Shown here: positions 40,063 through 50,089 of the stretch, one piece after another | How positions within the stretch are numbered: position 1 is the stretch's first letter | Layout of the letters: the number at the start of each line of letters is the position of its first letter | Assembly: GCA_013334225.1 (NCBI GenBank) | Contig: JAAXXY010000006.1 | Span: 10,144 to 74,143, forward strand | Length of the DNA stretch: 64,000 nucleotides | Source of the DNA: Chlorobiaceae bacterium | Lineage (GTDB): Bacteria; Bacteroidota; Chlorobiia; Chlorobiales; Chlorobiaceae | Direction of reading: 5' to 3' | The notes under the pieces: generated by a model | What the model was told of the DNA's origin: nothing | The model's database searches: none | What the model saw: the letters and a program-made list of their open reading frames with translations, nothing else | Made by a program: the position numbers and the translations under genes

Positions 40063-40903
40063 ACAAAGCAAGCGAATAAAGAAGCTGGATTTCCTCCTTC
40101 CAGAGGTCTGAATCCGGGGTTTCGAGGATCAGCGGGATTTCGTCGAATGACGGGCTTGACATGATATACCGGAAAGCATCCAGCCCGATCGTGCCTTTTC
40201 CGATACTCGCATGGCGGTCGAGCTTGCTTCCGGCAGGATGCCTGGCGTCGTTCAGGTGCATACCCCTGAGGTAGCGCATGCCCACGACACTGTCGAATTC
40301 GCTGAAAACTCTTCGAACAGTTTCCACGGTACCGAGGTCATAACCGCTCGCATGAAGGTGACAGGTATCAAGGCAGATTCCGGCCCTCGATTTATCTTCT
40401 ATCATATCGATGAGTGCGGCAAGCTGCTCGAAGCGGAATCCGAGGTTACTCCCCTGTCCCGCGGTATTTTCAATGACAGCGATAACACTGGAGGTTGCCT
40501 CAAGTGCCTTGTTGACCGATTCTGCTATCAGCCGGAGACACTCATCAACGGAGATTCCGTTCAGATGGCTTCCAGGGTGGAAATTGAGCATTGAAAGACC
40601 GAGCCGTTCAACGCGTATCATTTCCTCTACGAAAGCTTCCCGGGAACGCTGCAGCTTGTCTATTTCAGGACTCCCGAGGTTGATCAGATAGCTGTCATGG
40701 GGCAGGATATGACCGGGGCTGAAACCGTTTTCCATGCAATTTATCCGGAAACTGTCGATGGATTCCGGAGAGAGTTTCGGAGCCTTCCACTGACGCTGGT
40801 TTTTCGTGAACATGGCAAACGCTTTCGCTCCAATCCCTGCCGCATTGAGTGGAGCGTTTTCGATGCCTCCGGCAATGCTGACATGTGCTCCGATGCGTTT
40901 CAT
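40061..40903 (-). CDS. nfo: Endonuclease IV
   Basis: [48 protein letters not shown]. Confidence 0.97.
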   Translation of the reverse strand: MKRIGAHVSIAGGIENAPLNAAGIGAKAFAMFTKNQRQWKAPKLSPESIDSFRINCMENGFSPGHILPHDSYLINLGSPEIDKLQRSREAFVEEMIRVERLGLSMLNFHPGSHLNGISVDECLRLIAESVNKALEATSSVIAVIENTAGQGSNLGFRFEQLAALIDMIEDKSRAGICLDTCHLHASGYDLGTVETVRRVFSEFDSVVGMRYLRGMHLNDARHPAGSKLDRHASIGKGTIGLDAFRYIMSSPSFDEIPLILETPDSDLWKEEIQLLYSLAL

Positions 40904-40933
40904 CGATCTGTTGTTTTAAGATAGGACGGGTCA

Positions 40934-40966
40934 CCCATTCCCCATTCCCCATTCCCCATTCCCCAT
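40934..40966. repeat. Heptamer tandem repeat (CCCATTC) x4.7
   Basis: Read directly from the sequence between the ftsX stop and the nfo start. Confidence 0.9.
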
Positions 40967-41850
40967 CACCATTTCGAAATACCGCGCAGATACTGCCCTA
41001 CTGAAAGCGCGCTGCCGAAAATACCGAGCAATATGCCAAGCAGCACCACTGCAGGAAAAATCAGCAATGTGGATGGCTGAAGTATGGAGTAGATAGCCTT
41101 GTCATAGGTTAAGAGCACTTTATCGAGCAGCAGGTATACCGTCAGGGCAGCGAGCAGGCCGGAAACAATTCCCTGCAATGCCCCTTCGATCACATAGGGC
41201 GCTCCGATAAACCATCCCGTCGCTCCGACAAATCGCATGGTGCGGATACGTTCCTGCCTTGCATACATGGCAAGCCGTATGGTGTAACCGACGAGCACGA
41301 TCGTAGAAATGGAAATGAGAATACCAATACCTCCCGTAAGAATCGTGAACAACCTGGCATTCTTCTCGATCCTGCCAAGCAGCGCCTGGTTGTAACGGAT
41401 ATCGGCATCGGGAGCGATCTTGCGTACAAGCGGCACGATCTTCTTCTCGATGCTGTCGGGAGAAGTGTATTCCGGAAGAAATTTCAGTTTCACCGATCTC
41501 GGAAGCGGGTTCGAACCAAGGATTTTAACAACGTCCTCACCGAAATCGTGGGAAAAAATCTTTGCAGCTTCTTCTTTTGAAACAAAATACGAATCTCGAA
41601 CTCCCCTGATGGCTTTCATCTGTTTTGCTGCATCGACAGCCTCGGATTCGTTCGTCGACTCACTGAAAAACACCTCGAGCTCCACCTTGCTGCGCAGTTC
41701 CTGCATCACGTCATAAAAGCTCAGCGAAACAGAACCGAAAATTCCCAGCAGCACAAGAGCGAAAAAACTGATCACGGTGGTTATGACAGCCGGAAGTTTC
41801 GCCCTGCCTATGCCCGAAAAACCTTCCTTGACGATAAATGACAGTGACAT
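40966..41850 (-). CDS. ftsX: Cell division permease FtsX
   Basis: 4-TM layout, NPLP.S, TIRL..YAR..I..MR.VGAT..FI..P...EG. Confidence 0.9.
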   Translation of the reverse strand: MSLSFIVKEGFSGIGRAKLPAVITTVISFFALVLLGIFGSVSLSFYDVMQELRSKVELEVFFSESTNESEAVDAAKQMKAIRGVRDSYFVSKEEAAKIFSHDFGEDVVKILGSNPLPRSVKLKFLPEYTSPDSIEKKIVPLVRKIAPDADIRYNQALLGRIEKNARLFTILTGGIGILISISTIVLVGYTIRLAMYARQERIRTMRFVGATGWFIGAPYVIEGALQGIVSGLLAALTVYLLLDKVLLTYDKAIYSILQPSTLLIFPAVVLLGILLGIFGSALSVGQYLRGISKW

Positions 41851-41882
41851 GACCCTTTCCTGAATTTTGAAGGAGACCGAGC

Positions 41883-41914
41883 TGACTGATCGGACGGATC
41901 CGTCCGATCAGTCA
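41883..41914. repeat. Perfect 32-bp palindrome
   Basis: TGACTGATCGGACGGATCCGTCCGATCAGTCA equals its own reverse complement. Confidence 0.9.
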
Positions 41915-42001
41915 ACCCATTACCCATTACCATAAAATGAAAGAATGATCAAAACAAGTTGGAAAAACAAGTTTTTTTTCTTTTAATTAGAGCAGGAAAA
42001 C

Positions 42002-42074
42002 GGGGCTATAGCTCAGTTGGTAGAGCATTTGCATGGCATGCAAAGGGTCAGGAGTTCGAGTCTCCTTAGCTCCA
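42002..42074 (+). tRNA. tRNA-Ala(GGC)
   Basis: GGGGCTA/TAGCTCC acceptor stem with G3-U70, TTTGC-ATGGCAT-GCAAA anticodon arm, GTTCGAG T-loop; CCA not encoded. Confidence 0.97.
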
Positions 42075-42077
42075 CAT

Positions 42078-42110
42078 AAAAAAAGCGCAGCATGAATACT
42101 GCGCTTTTTT
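42078..42110. terminator. Bidirectional rho-independent terminator
   Basis: A-tract GCGCAG ... CTGCGC T-tract, between the tRNA and a convergent gene. Confidence 0.85.
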
Positions 42111-42146
42111 CGTTTACAGAAACCTGCACCCTTCCTGTGCCGGATT

Positions 42147-42671
42147 TCATCCCTTCCTGCTTCCGACCTTCCCTACAATGAAAATGATACCGACAATGAG
42201 AGACGCGGCAAGTCCCGCCGCGATATTGAACAGTGCCGCAAGAAAAATCGCCGGAACGGAGAATTCGACCGTCAGATCAAATATTCTCGCCGCAAGGGAA
42301 AAATTCGCGGCCGTCAGCCCGGTAAATAAAAAGCTCGTGGCTATGCTTCCCGCAAAGGAAATGAAAATCTTCTCCCCTTTTCCTTCGTTGATGTCCTGCC
42401 AGCGCCGCACCTGCTTCGTGCTTCCGGGATCGATCACGCGCTTCACCAGCATGGCTGCAAGAGCGAACACTACCAGTATTGCTGCATGAATTCCGTAAAC
42501 ACTGAAAATCTCACGCCAGGACGGATTGAAAAAGCCCTGCCTCAGTATATCCGAAGCTGCTTTGAGCATGAAAATCGAGGTAAAGAAAAACACCGTGCCC
42601 CAGAGAAGGGTTACTGATATCCAGATAAACGGGCCCGGAGGCCTCTGATCTTTTTTTGCCGTTAATGCCAT
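42147..42671 (-). CDS. Hypothetical membrane protein (about 4 TM helices)
   Basis: 174-aa hydrophobic ORF filling the gap between the tRNA and purF. Confidence 0.7.
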   Translation of the reverse strand: MALTAKKDQRPPGPFIWISVTLLWGTVFFFTSIFMLKAASDILRQGFFNPSWREIFSVYGIHAAILVVFALAAMLVKRVIDPGSTKQVRRWQDINEGKGEKIFISFAGSIATSFLFTGLTAANFSLAARIFDLTVEFSVPAIFLAALFNIAAGLAASLIVGIIFIVGKVGSRKG

Positions 42672-42852
42672 GATATTCCGGAAATGGTGAATGGAAATGC
42701 CGTAAACTGTTGTCTCTACGTTAAAAAGAGTTATCGTTCAAGACGATACAAAAACATGCAACGATTATTTTAATTATTCCGTTTGAATATTGTCATCCAT
42801 TTTCGATTTTAGGATGCTCGAGAGTTTACACAACTTTAACATAAGATTGCCT

Positions 42853-44346
42853 ATGTGTGGAGTTTTCGGTGTTTTTAATTCAAAAACTCCCGCGGAAGAT
42901 ACTTTCTATGGCCTGTACTCCCTGCAGCACAGGGGTCAGGAAGCAGCAGGTATTGTTGTCGCAGAATATAACAAGACAAAAAAGAAGACCATTTTCAAGC
43001 AGCACAAGGGAATGGGTCTTGTCTCGGAAGTGTTCAAGGATGAAATGGTGTTTGAAAACCTCAGCGGCTATGCTGCTATCGGCCACAACCGATATTCAAC
43101 CACCGGCTCGTCGAAATCCACCAACAACACCCAGCCTTTTTCGCTCACTTACCGCTCCGGAAGCCTTGCAATAGCCCACAACGGAAACCTTACCAACGCG
43201 CGGACACTCCGGCGTGAACTGACGGAGCTCGGTGTGATCTTCCAGGCATCGTCCGACACGGAGATCATCCCGCATCTTGCTGCACGGAGCCGTGAAAAGG
43301 AACCGATCCAGCAGATATACCATGCCCTCAATCAGGTGCAGGGTGCATACTCGATGGTGATCCTCGCAAACAACCAGATGATCGCCGCGAGGGATCCCTA
43401 TGGGTTCAGGCCGCTTGCACTCGGAAAGAAAGTCGACCCGCTCACCGGTGAACTTGCCTACATAGTGGCCAGCGAAACCTGCGCCTTCGATATCATACAA
43501 GCCGAATATATCCGTGATATCGAACCGGGCGAAATCCTGCTGATCGATCATCTTGCCGTTGCGAACGAAAAGCCTACCTCGCTTTTCCTTCCTCCAGCGC
43601 CCTACAAAGCCCGCTGTATATTTGAATATGTCTATTTCGCCCGTCCGGACAGTTTCATATTCCAGAATTCCGTTGACAAGATAAGGCGCAACCTCGGAAA
43701 GAACCTTGCAAGGGAATCGAAGATCCGGCCTCAGGAAGGCGACAAGGAACTAACGGTTGTCAGCGTTCCCGACTCTTCGAACACCGCCGCGCTCGGGTTT
43801 GTGCGTGAAAGCTTAAAACTCGGCAGACCGGCAAGGTTCGAGCACGGACTTATCAGGAACCATTACGTCGGAAGAACCTTCATCCAGCCGGGCATTCACA
43901 GCCGTGATATCAAGGTCCGTTCCAAATACAATATCGTTCGTGGCGTCCTGCTGGACAGGCCGATCATTCTCATCGACGATTCTATCGTACGCGGCACAAC
44001 CGCTAAAATGCTGATCAAGCTTATACGGGAAGCCGACCCGAAGGCAATTCATCTGCATATCAGTTCTCCACCGATCACGAGTCCCTGCTTCTATGGCATG
44101 GATTTCCCGACAAAACGGCAGTTGCTGACCCATATGTTCGACAGCTTTGACAATAACGATGAGGAGATCGAAAAAATCAGGGAATTTATCGGTGTCGATT
44201 CTCTGAAATACCTCTCCATGCAGGGACTGATAAACAGCGTACCCTCATTCGAGAACGAAACCAGGAGCTATTGCACGGCCTGCTTCAGCGGCGATTACCC
44301 GATACAGATTGTCGACGCCACCACCGATAAGGAGGAAAACGACTGA
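42853..44346 (+). CDS. purF: Amidophosphoribosyltransferase
   Basis: MCG start (Ntn Cys), QHRGQE, HNRYSTTG, HNGN, FEYVYFARPDS, DDSIVRGTT. Confidence 0.97.
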   Translation: MCGVFGVFNSKTPAEDTFYGLYSLQHRGQEAAGIVVAEYNKTKKKTIFKQHKGMGLVSEVFKDEMVFENLSGYAAIGHNRYSTTGSSKSTNNTQPFSLTYRSGSLAIAHNGNLTNARTLRRELTELGVIFQASSDTEIIPHLAARSREKEPIQQIYHALNQVQGAYSMVILANNQMIAARDPYGFRPLALGKKVDPLTGELAYIVASETCAFDIIQAEYIRDIEPGEILLIDHLAVANEKPTSLFLPPAPYKARCIFEYVYFARPDSFIFQNSVDKIRRNLGKNLARESKIRPQEGDKELTVVSVPDSSNTAALGFVRESLKLGRPARFEHGLIRNHYVGRTFIQPGIHSRDIKVRSKYNIVRGVLLDRPIILIDDSIVRGTTAKMLIKLIREADPKAIHLHISSPPITSPCFYGMDFPTKRQLLTHMFDSFDNNDEEIEKIREFIGVDSLKYLSMQGLINSVPSFENETRSYCTACFSGDYPIQIVDATTDKEEND

Positions 44347-44368
44347 CGCTCCGGAAATGACAGCAAAT

Positions 44369-44414
44369 AAAAAAGCTGCCTCATGACATAAAGAAACATG
44401 AGGCAGCTTTTTTT
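44369..44414. terminator. Bidirectional terminator between purF and dksA
   Basis: AAAAAAGCTGCCTCATG ... CATGAGGCAGCTTTTTT. Confidence 0.88.
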
Positions 44415-44433
44415 ACGCTCTGCAACCGTGATT

Positions 44434-44871
44434 TTACTTTTTACCCTGCTTGAATTCGATCCTGACAGCGGTATGAGGGACAGCTTCCAGCCTTTTCTTC
44501 GGAATGGGCTTGCCGGATTTCACACAGATGCCGTAGGTTTTATTCCTGATCCTGTCGAGGGCCTGGTCAATGTAACCGATATATTTCTCGTCCCTGGCTA
44601 TAAACATGAAGCGCTGTTCACGGTCCATGGTCTCGGTTCCGTGGTCAGCCATGTGCATGGAATAATTTGAATTGATAGAATCTTCCACGTTTTCATCGGA
44701 AAGCGATGAGCGCAGAATATCCAGATCCCGAAGCACCTCATCACGCCTTTTGAGCAGGATCTGCCGAAAATGCTCGAGCTCTTCATCGGTTAAATAGGTC
44801 TTTGTCAGAACCGGTTCGTCGATAATCTCGTTTTCCTTCTTGGAGGCACTGCTGCTTTTTTTAGTAGCCAT
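44434..44871 (-). CDS. dksA: DksA/TraR family transcription factor
   Basis: Coiled coil with HMAD.GT, ALDRI...TYGIC..SGKPI...RLEAVP; downstream of ileS. Confidence 0.85.
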   Translation of the reverse strand: MATKKSSSASKKENEIIDEPVLTKTYLTDEELEHFRQILLKRRDEVLRDLDILRSSLSDENVEDSINSNYSMHMADHGTETMDREQRFMFIARDEKYIGYIDQALDRIRNKTYGICVKSGKPIPKKRLEAVPHTAVRIEFKQGKK

Positions 44872-44930
44872 ATTCCACCTGTTTGCTGATTCTAACTAAT
44901 ACTTTAAAAAAACCGATTTTGAGTATACGA

Positions 44931-47900
44931 TTACCCCGCATTTTTTTCAAGTGATAACCGGCAGATTTCACCGTTAACAGACTCATCTTTTCCGCTTGTT
45001 GCTGACGATGAACCAGGTAAAGAGACCGTGAGTGCTGTTGCAAGGGTTTCAGACTTAATATACGCATCATTTCGTTTCACCGCATCGAGAAGTTTTTCCG
45101 AACCCTCGATTGCCAGCGAAATCCGGTCTGTGATATCGAGCCCGCTTTCCTTGCGGAGCGACTGAATACGGCTGACAAGCTCTCGCGACAGGCCGAGCAT
45201 CTCAAGCTCCTCGTTCATCTCGGTGTCAAGAGCTACCATGATGCCGTGTATTTCATCGGAAGCGACAAGCCATCCTTCTATATCTTCGTGAACGATCTCG
45301 ACATCTTCGCGCAGAACTTCAAAAACTTTTCCCTGAACATCGAGCATTGTCCTGCCCTCTTTTTCCAGAATGGCAATCTGCTTGTGGCTCATACACCTGA
45401 TGGACTCTGCAAGTATCTTCATATCCTTGCCGAAACGGGGGCCGAGGGCTTTGAAATTCGGCTTCACTTTTTTGCTTATAACCGAACCCTCGTCTTCAAT
45501 GTACTCTATTTTCTGGACATTCACCTCTTCAAGAATGATATCCCCGACCAAAGAGTACTCTTCCTTTGCCTCAGCATCCTCGACGGCGAGCAGGATCCTC
45601 TTGAGCGGCTGGCGTACCTTGATGGAAGCCTTCTCCCGCATCGTACGCACCAGTGATGTGATGATCTGGGCTTTCTTCATGCGCCGTTCGAGCGGGCGGT
45701 CGATCGCGGCGTTGTCCATCACCGGAAAATCAGCGAGATGAACGGACTTCTGCTGCCCGAGCCCACTGACATCGTTGAGATTCAGCCAGATGCGGTCCGA
45801 AATGAACGGCGTGAACGGTGCAAGAAGCCTTGCAAGTGTTTCGAGTGCGGTATAGAGCGACTGGTATGCAGCAATCTTGTCCTGTCCCATGTCGCTTTTC
45901 CAGAACCGCTTTCGTGAACGTCTGATATACCAGTTCGAGAGGTCGTCGACTATGAATTCGTTAATCAGCCTTACCGCACCGGTCAGGTCATAATGTTCCA
46001 TGCGCGAATGGACCGCGCCGACAAGTGTGTTAAGACAGGACAGGATCCAGCGGTCAAGCTCCGAGCGATCTCCGACAGGTATGGATGGTTCCGATCCGTG
46101 GAAGCCGTCTACGTTGGCATAGAGTACAAAAAAATTGTAGCTGTTTATGAATGCACGGAAGAATTTCCGCTGCTCTTCCTCGATTTCGTCTGCATTAAAG
46201 GATTTCGGCCTCCACGGAGGACTTGTCACGAGCAGATACCAGCGCAGGGCGTCCGCGCCGTAACGTTCCATGGTTTCGAAAGGATCGACGACATTCCCTT
46301 TCGATTTCGACATTTTGTGGCCGTTCCTGTCGAGAATATGGCCGTTCACGATGAGGTTGCGATATGCCGGCTTGTCGAATATCAGCGTGGCGATCGCATG
46401 AAGAGTATAAAACCATCCCCTGGTCTGGTCGACCCCCTCGGCAATGAAATCGGCAGGGAAGGTCCTGTCGAACAGTTCGCGGTTCTCGAACGGATAATGG
46501 AGCTGGGCAAAGGGCATGGAGCCGCTGTCGAACCAGACATCTACAAGCTCCGGAGTACGGTGGAAGCGTTTGCCGTCCCTGATGAAATAGATGCGGTCCA
46601 CGAACGGTTTGTGCAGGTCGAGCTCAACCAGTCCCTTGTCAAGCGCTTCACCGAGAAGGTAGCGTTCACCATCTATATCGATGAACCCTTCCCGCAGCTC
46701 GGCAACGGAACCGATTGCAAAAATCCTTCCGGACTCGCATCCGTCACCGATTGAAAAGTCCTCGGAAACCCAGAGCGGAAGCGGAGAACCCCAGAAGCGC
46801 TCGCGTGAAAGCGCCCAGTCCTTGTTCTCTTCAAGCCAGTTGCCGAAACGACCCGTCCCGATTTCGGGCGGGCACCAGTTGATGGTTTTGTTCAACTCCA
46901 CCATGCGGTCGGCAATAGCGGTCGTTCTGATATACCAGGACTCTCTTGCATAGTAGATCACGGGCACATCATATCGCCATGAAAAGGGATAGGTATGAGT
47001 GATGGTCTCCTTGCGGTAGATCTTTCCTGCCTCCTTGAGCCGGCGGATGATATCAGGATCGGCTTCCTTGAAAAACACCCCGTCGTAATCGCTCACCTCT
47101 GAAGTAAAGCATCCATTGCGGGCGACCGGCTGCAGCATAGGAAGGTCGTATTTTTTCGCAAGTTCGTAGTCGTCCGCACCGAACGCCGGAGCTATATGCA
47201 CGATACCGGTTCCGTCCCCCGTCGATACGAAAGGCCCGGAAGCGACATACCAGCATTTCCTCGACGGCTGCATATAGGTGAAAAGAGGCTCATATGACGT
47301 GCCTTCGAGATCGCGGCCTTTCATGCTCTCGGTTACCTGCCAGAGCGATTCTCCGGCTTCGTTCTTCTCGAGAAGCACCTGCAGGCGCGACTGGGCCAGG
47401 ATCAGCACCTCCCCTGTCTCGCTGTTGCGGACCTTCACATAATCGATATCAGGGCCGACGCAGAGAGCTACATTTGAAATCAGTGTCCATGGCGTGGTTG
47501 TCCAGACCAGGAACGATTCATCTGAACCTTTCAGTCTGAACTTCACATAGATACTCGGATCTTTCACTTCGCGGTACCCGAGGGCAAGCTCGTGTGAACT
47601 GAGGACCGTCTCGGATTTCGGGTCCTGAGGTACGATCTTGTAATCCTTGTAGATCAGACCCTTATCGAAAATGGTCTTTAGCGCCCACCAGACCGACTCG
47701 ATATAGTTGTTCTCACAAGTTATGTAGGGGTGGTCCATATCGACCCAGTACCCCATCTGCTCGGTAAGTTTTCCCCATCCTTCACGGTTGTCGTCGATAT
47801 GATGGTAGACGAGGGAGCGTGCTTCGGCGTTGAACTCACCCTCACCATACTCTTCGACCTGGGCCTTGTTTTTCAGGCCGAGTTTCTTTTCTACTGAAAT

Positions 47901-48188
47901 TTCAACAGGAAGCCCGTGGGTATCCCAGCCCGCCATCCGTGGAACACGGTAGCCCTGCATGGTTTTGTAGCGGCAGACCACATCCTTGATGGTACGGCTG
48001 AATACGTGGTGTACACCGGGTTTGCCGTTTACCGTCGGAGGGCCTTCATAAAACGAGTATATGCGTCCTGCGGGTTTTTTATCGAGGCTTTTCCTGAAAA
48101 TTCCGTTCTCATTCCAGTGAGCCAGTACATCGGCCTCCACTGCACTGTATGATACAGTGGAGGGATACTCTGCAAATTTATCAGCCAT
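44931..48188 (-). CDS. ileS: Isoleucine--tRNA ligase (type 2-like)
   Basis: [52 protein letters not shown]. Confidence 0.97.
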   Translation of the reverse strand: MADKFAEYPSTVSYSAVEADVLAHWNENGIFRKSLDKKPAGRIYSFYEGPPTVNGKPGVHHVFSRTIKDVVCRYKTMQGYRVPRMAGWDTHGLPVEISVEKKLGLKNKAQVEEYGEGEFNAEARSLVYHHIDDNREGWGKLTEQMGYWVDMDHPYITCENNYIESVWWALKTIFDKGLIYKDYKIVPQDPKSETVLSSHELALGYREVKDPSIYVKFRLKGSDESFLVWTTTPWTLISNVALCVGPDIDYVKVRNSETGEVLILAQSRLQVLLEKNEAGESLWQVTESMKGRDLEGTSYEPLFTYMQPSRKCWYVASGPFVSTGDGTGIVHIAPAFGADDYELAKKYDLPMLQPVARNGCFTSEVSDYDGVFFKEADPDIIRRLKEAGKIYRKETITHTYPFSWRYDVPVIYYARESWYIRTTAIADRMVELNKTINWCPPEIGTGRFGNWLEENKDWALSRERFWGSPLPLWVSEDFSIGDGCESGRIFAIGSVAELREGFIDIDGERYLLGEALDKGLVELDLHKPFVDRIYFIRDGKRFHRTPELVDVWFDSGSMPFAQLHYPFENRELFDRTFPADFIAEGVDQTRGWFYTLHAIATLIFDKPAYRNLIVNGHILDRNGHKMSKSKGNVVDPFETMERYGADALRWYLLVTSPPWRPKSFNADEIEEEQRKFFRAFINSYNFFVLYANVDGFHGSEPSIPVGDRSELDRWILSCLNTLVGAVHSRMEHYDLTGAVRLINEFIVDDLSNWYIRRSRKRFWKSDMGQDKIAAYQSLYTALETLARLLAPFTPFISDRIWLNLNDVSGLGQQKSVHLADFPVMDNAAIDRPLERRMKKAQIITSLVRTMREKASIKVRQPLKRILLAVEDAEAKEEYSLVGDIILEEVNVQKIEYIEDEGSVISKKVKPNFKALGPRFGKDMKILAESIRCMSHKQIAILEKEGRTMLDVQGKVFEVLREDVEIVHEDIEGWLVASDEIHGIMVALDTEMNEELEMLGLSRELVSRIQSLRKESGLDITDRISLAIEGSEKLLDAVKRNDAYIKSETLATALTVSLPGSSSATSGKDESVNGEICRLSLEKNAG

Positions 48189-48278
48189 TTTTCTTAATAA
48201 TCATTCGGTCAAAACAGGTTTTTCCGCACCTGCATTTAATAAAAAAGAAGCAATATACGAGAATACTTGTATAAATAG

Positions 48279-48317
48279 TTCAGGCAAGCCTTCCAATTAT
48301 TGAAAAGCTTGCCTGAA
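48279..48317 (-). terminator. Hairpin downstream of the CsmB-like gene
   Basis: TTCAGGCAAGC ... GCTTGCCTGAA 11-bp stem. Confidence 0.6.
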
Positions 48318-48364
48318 AACATACCGCAGAGGACGCCGAAGCCAATGCCTGAAATACCAGGCTC

Positions 48365-48565
48365 TTATTTGTTGCCGAGCGTGGTGTTGACGCCTTCAAG
48401 GATCTGCTTCGCGACTCCGGCCAGGGAGTCGAGAGTCTCGGCAACCAGCTTGCCAAGAGGAGTGAGTGCACTGTCAAGAAGTGAACCTACGCCAACCAGG
48501 ATCGTTGAAAAATCGCCTTTGACAACATCACCAGCACTCCCGGAAGATTTCATTTCTTCAGCCAT
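48365..48565 (-). CDS. Chlorosome envelope protein CsmB/CsmF-like (66 aa)
   Basis: Amphipathic 'PLGKLVAETLDSLAGVAKQILEGVNTTLG' resembles the CsmB C-terminal half (from memory); start MAEEMK. Confidence 0.55.
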   Translation of the reverse strand: MAEEMKSSGSAGDVVKGDFSTILVGVGSLLDSALTPLGKLVAETLDSLAGVAKQILEGVNTTLGNK

Positions 48566-48657
48566 ATGATACTGATATTTAGGGTTATTGACTTTTACAC
48601 AGGAACATATGAGCTCAATATACTTAATAAATTTTACCTTCAAAAAAATTCACATGC

Positions 48658-50076
48658 CTACAGGCGTCCATAAAGGTCTTCCACCCTGATAATATCATCC
48701 TCTCCAAGGTAATCTCCTGACTGCACCTCGATAAGTTCAAGAGGAATTTCCTCCTGGTTTTCGAGACGGTGAAAAGTCTCGACAGGGATGTAGGTCGACT
48801 GGTTTTCCGCCAGATGGATTTTTTTATCTGCAACGGTCACGACTGCTTTTCCTTTTACCACGACCCAGTGCTCGGCCCTGTGGAGATGTTTCTGGAGCGA
48901 AAGCGCCGCTCCGGGTTTCACGTTGATGCGCTTCACCTTGAAACGTTCACCGAAATCGACTGTTTCATAAAAACCCCAGGGACGGTAAACCCGCCTGTGC
49001 GTCTCAATCTCTTCTCGCTTGTTTTTCTGCAGTTCCTCAACAAGCTTCCTGACATGCTGGACACGGTCTTTCGACGCAACGAGCACTGCGTCCGCTGTCT
49101 CGACTATGATATGTCCTTCAAGACCTACCGCCGTGACCAGACGGCTTGTGGCCTGAATATAGGAGTCCCTGACGTCATGAACGAACACATCGCCTTTCTT
49201 CACATTGCCCTCTTCATCCCGCTCATGCACATCCAAGAGCGAAGACCAGGCTCCGACATCATTCCAGCCCGCTTCAAGAGGCACAAGTGCCGCCTTCGCC
49301 GTTTTTTCCATGACAGCATAGTCTATGGAATCTGAAGGACAGCTCTGGAAAGAGGCTGGGTCAAGACGAAGAAAATCGAGATCTTCAGCCGCCTTACCGA
49401 GGGACTCACGGCAAGCGTCAACCATAGCGGGGTTTTGCCGCCCGAGCTCATCGAGATATGCTTCCGCCTTGAAAAGAAACATGCCGCTGTTCCAGTAATA
49501 ATCTCCCGAAGCAAGATACTCTTCGGCTTTCTCCCTGTCAGGCTTTTCGACAAACCGGATCACCGGGTATACTCCATGCTCATCCTTTTCATTCGCCGAC
49601 ACCCTGACATAACCATATCCGGTTTCAGGTGAAACCGGCACGATCCCGAATGTCACAAGCCTTCCTTCTTCTGCTGCAGTTTTTCCTGCAGCGACCGCAG
49701 CGCCAAAAGCCTTTGGATCGAGGATAACGTGGTCTGCAGGCAGAATCAGCATGATTGCACCCGGATATGCCTTTTCAACGAGCAAGGCGGCAATAGCAGC
49801 AGCAGGAGCGGTATTACGGCCGAAAGGTTCGAGAACGATACCTCCGGTCTCCGCTTTGATTTCGCGCAGCTGTTCGGCTACGAGAAAACGATGGCTTTCA
49901 TTGCAGATACAGTAAACGGGTCCGGCCCCTTCAACAGCATCGAGCCGGAGCACGGTGTCCTGAAGCATGGTTTTTTCACCTGTCAGAGCCAGTAGCTGCT
50001 TGGGATAGAGCGAACGGGAAAGCGGCCAGAGCCTTGTGCCCGATCCGCCGCTGAGTATTACGGGAATAATCATCAA
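48658..50076 (-). CDS. manC: Mannose-1-phosphate guanylyltransferase/mannose-6-phosphate isomerase
   Basis: GGSGTRLWPLSR..PKQ, EP.GRNTAPA, WNSGMF, SIDYAVME, RPWG, RAEHW. Confidence 0.96.
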   Translation of the reverse strand: MMIIPVILSGGSGTRLWPLSRSLYPKQLLALTGEKTMLQDTVLRLDAVEGAGPVYCICNESHRFLVAEQLREIKAETGGIVLEPFGRNTAPAAAIAALLVEKAYPGAIMLILPADHVILDPKAFGAAVAAGKTAAEEGRLVTFGIVPVSPETGYGYVRVSANEKDEHGVYPVIRFVEKPDREKAEEYLASGDYYWNSGMFLFKAEAYLDELGRQNPAMVDACRESLGKAAEDLDFLRLDPASFQSCPSDSIDYAVMEKTAKAALVPLEAGWNDVGAWSSLLDVHERDEEGNVKKGDVFVHDVRDSYIQATSRLVTAVGLEGHIIVETADAVLVASKDRVQHVRKLVEELQKNKREEIETHRRVYRPWGFYETVDFGERFKVKRINVKPGAALSLQKHLHRAEHWVVVKGKAVVTVADKKIHLAENQSTYIPVETFHRLENQEEIPLELIEVQSGDYLGEDDIIRVEDLYGRL

Positions 50077-50089
50077 TGATAGGGGTTTA

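Noticed and set aside
40966-41850. ftsX without an adjacent ftsE
   Set aside because: Split ftsE/ftsX is common in this lineage; not unusual.
42002-42146. tRNA-Ala as an integration site
   Set aside because: No integrase and no duplicated tRNA 3' end seen in the window; a terminator follows directly.
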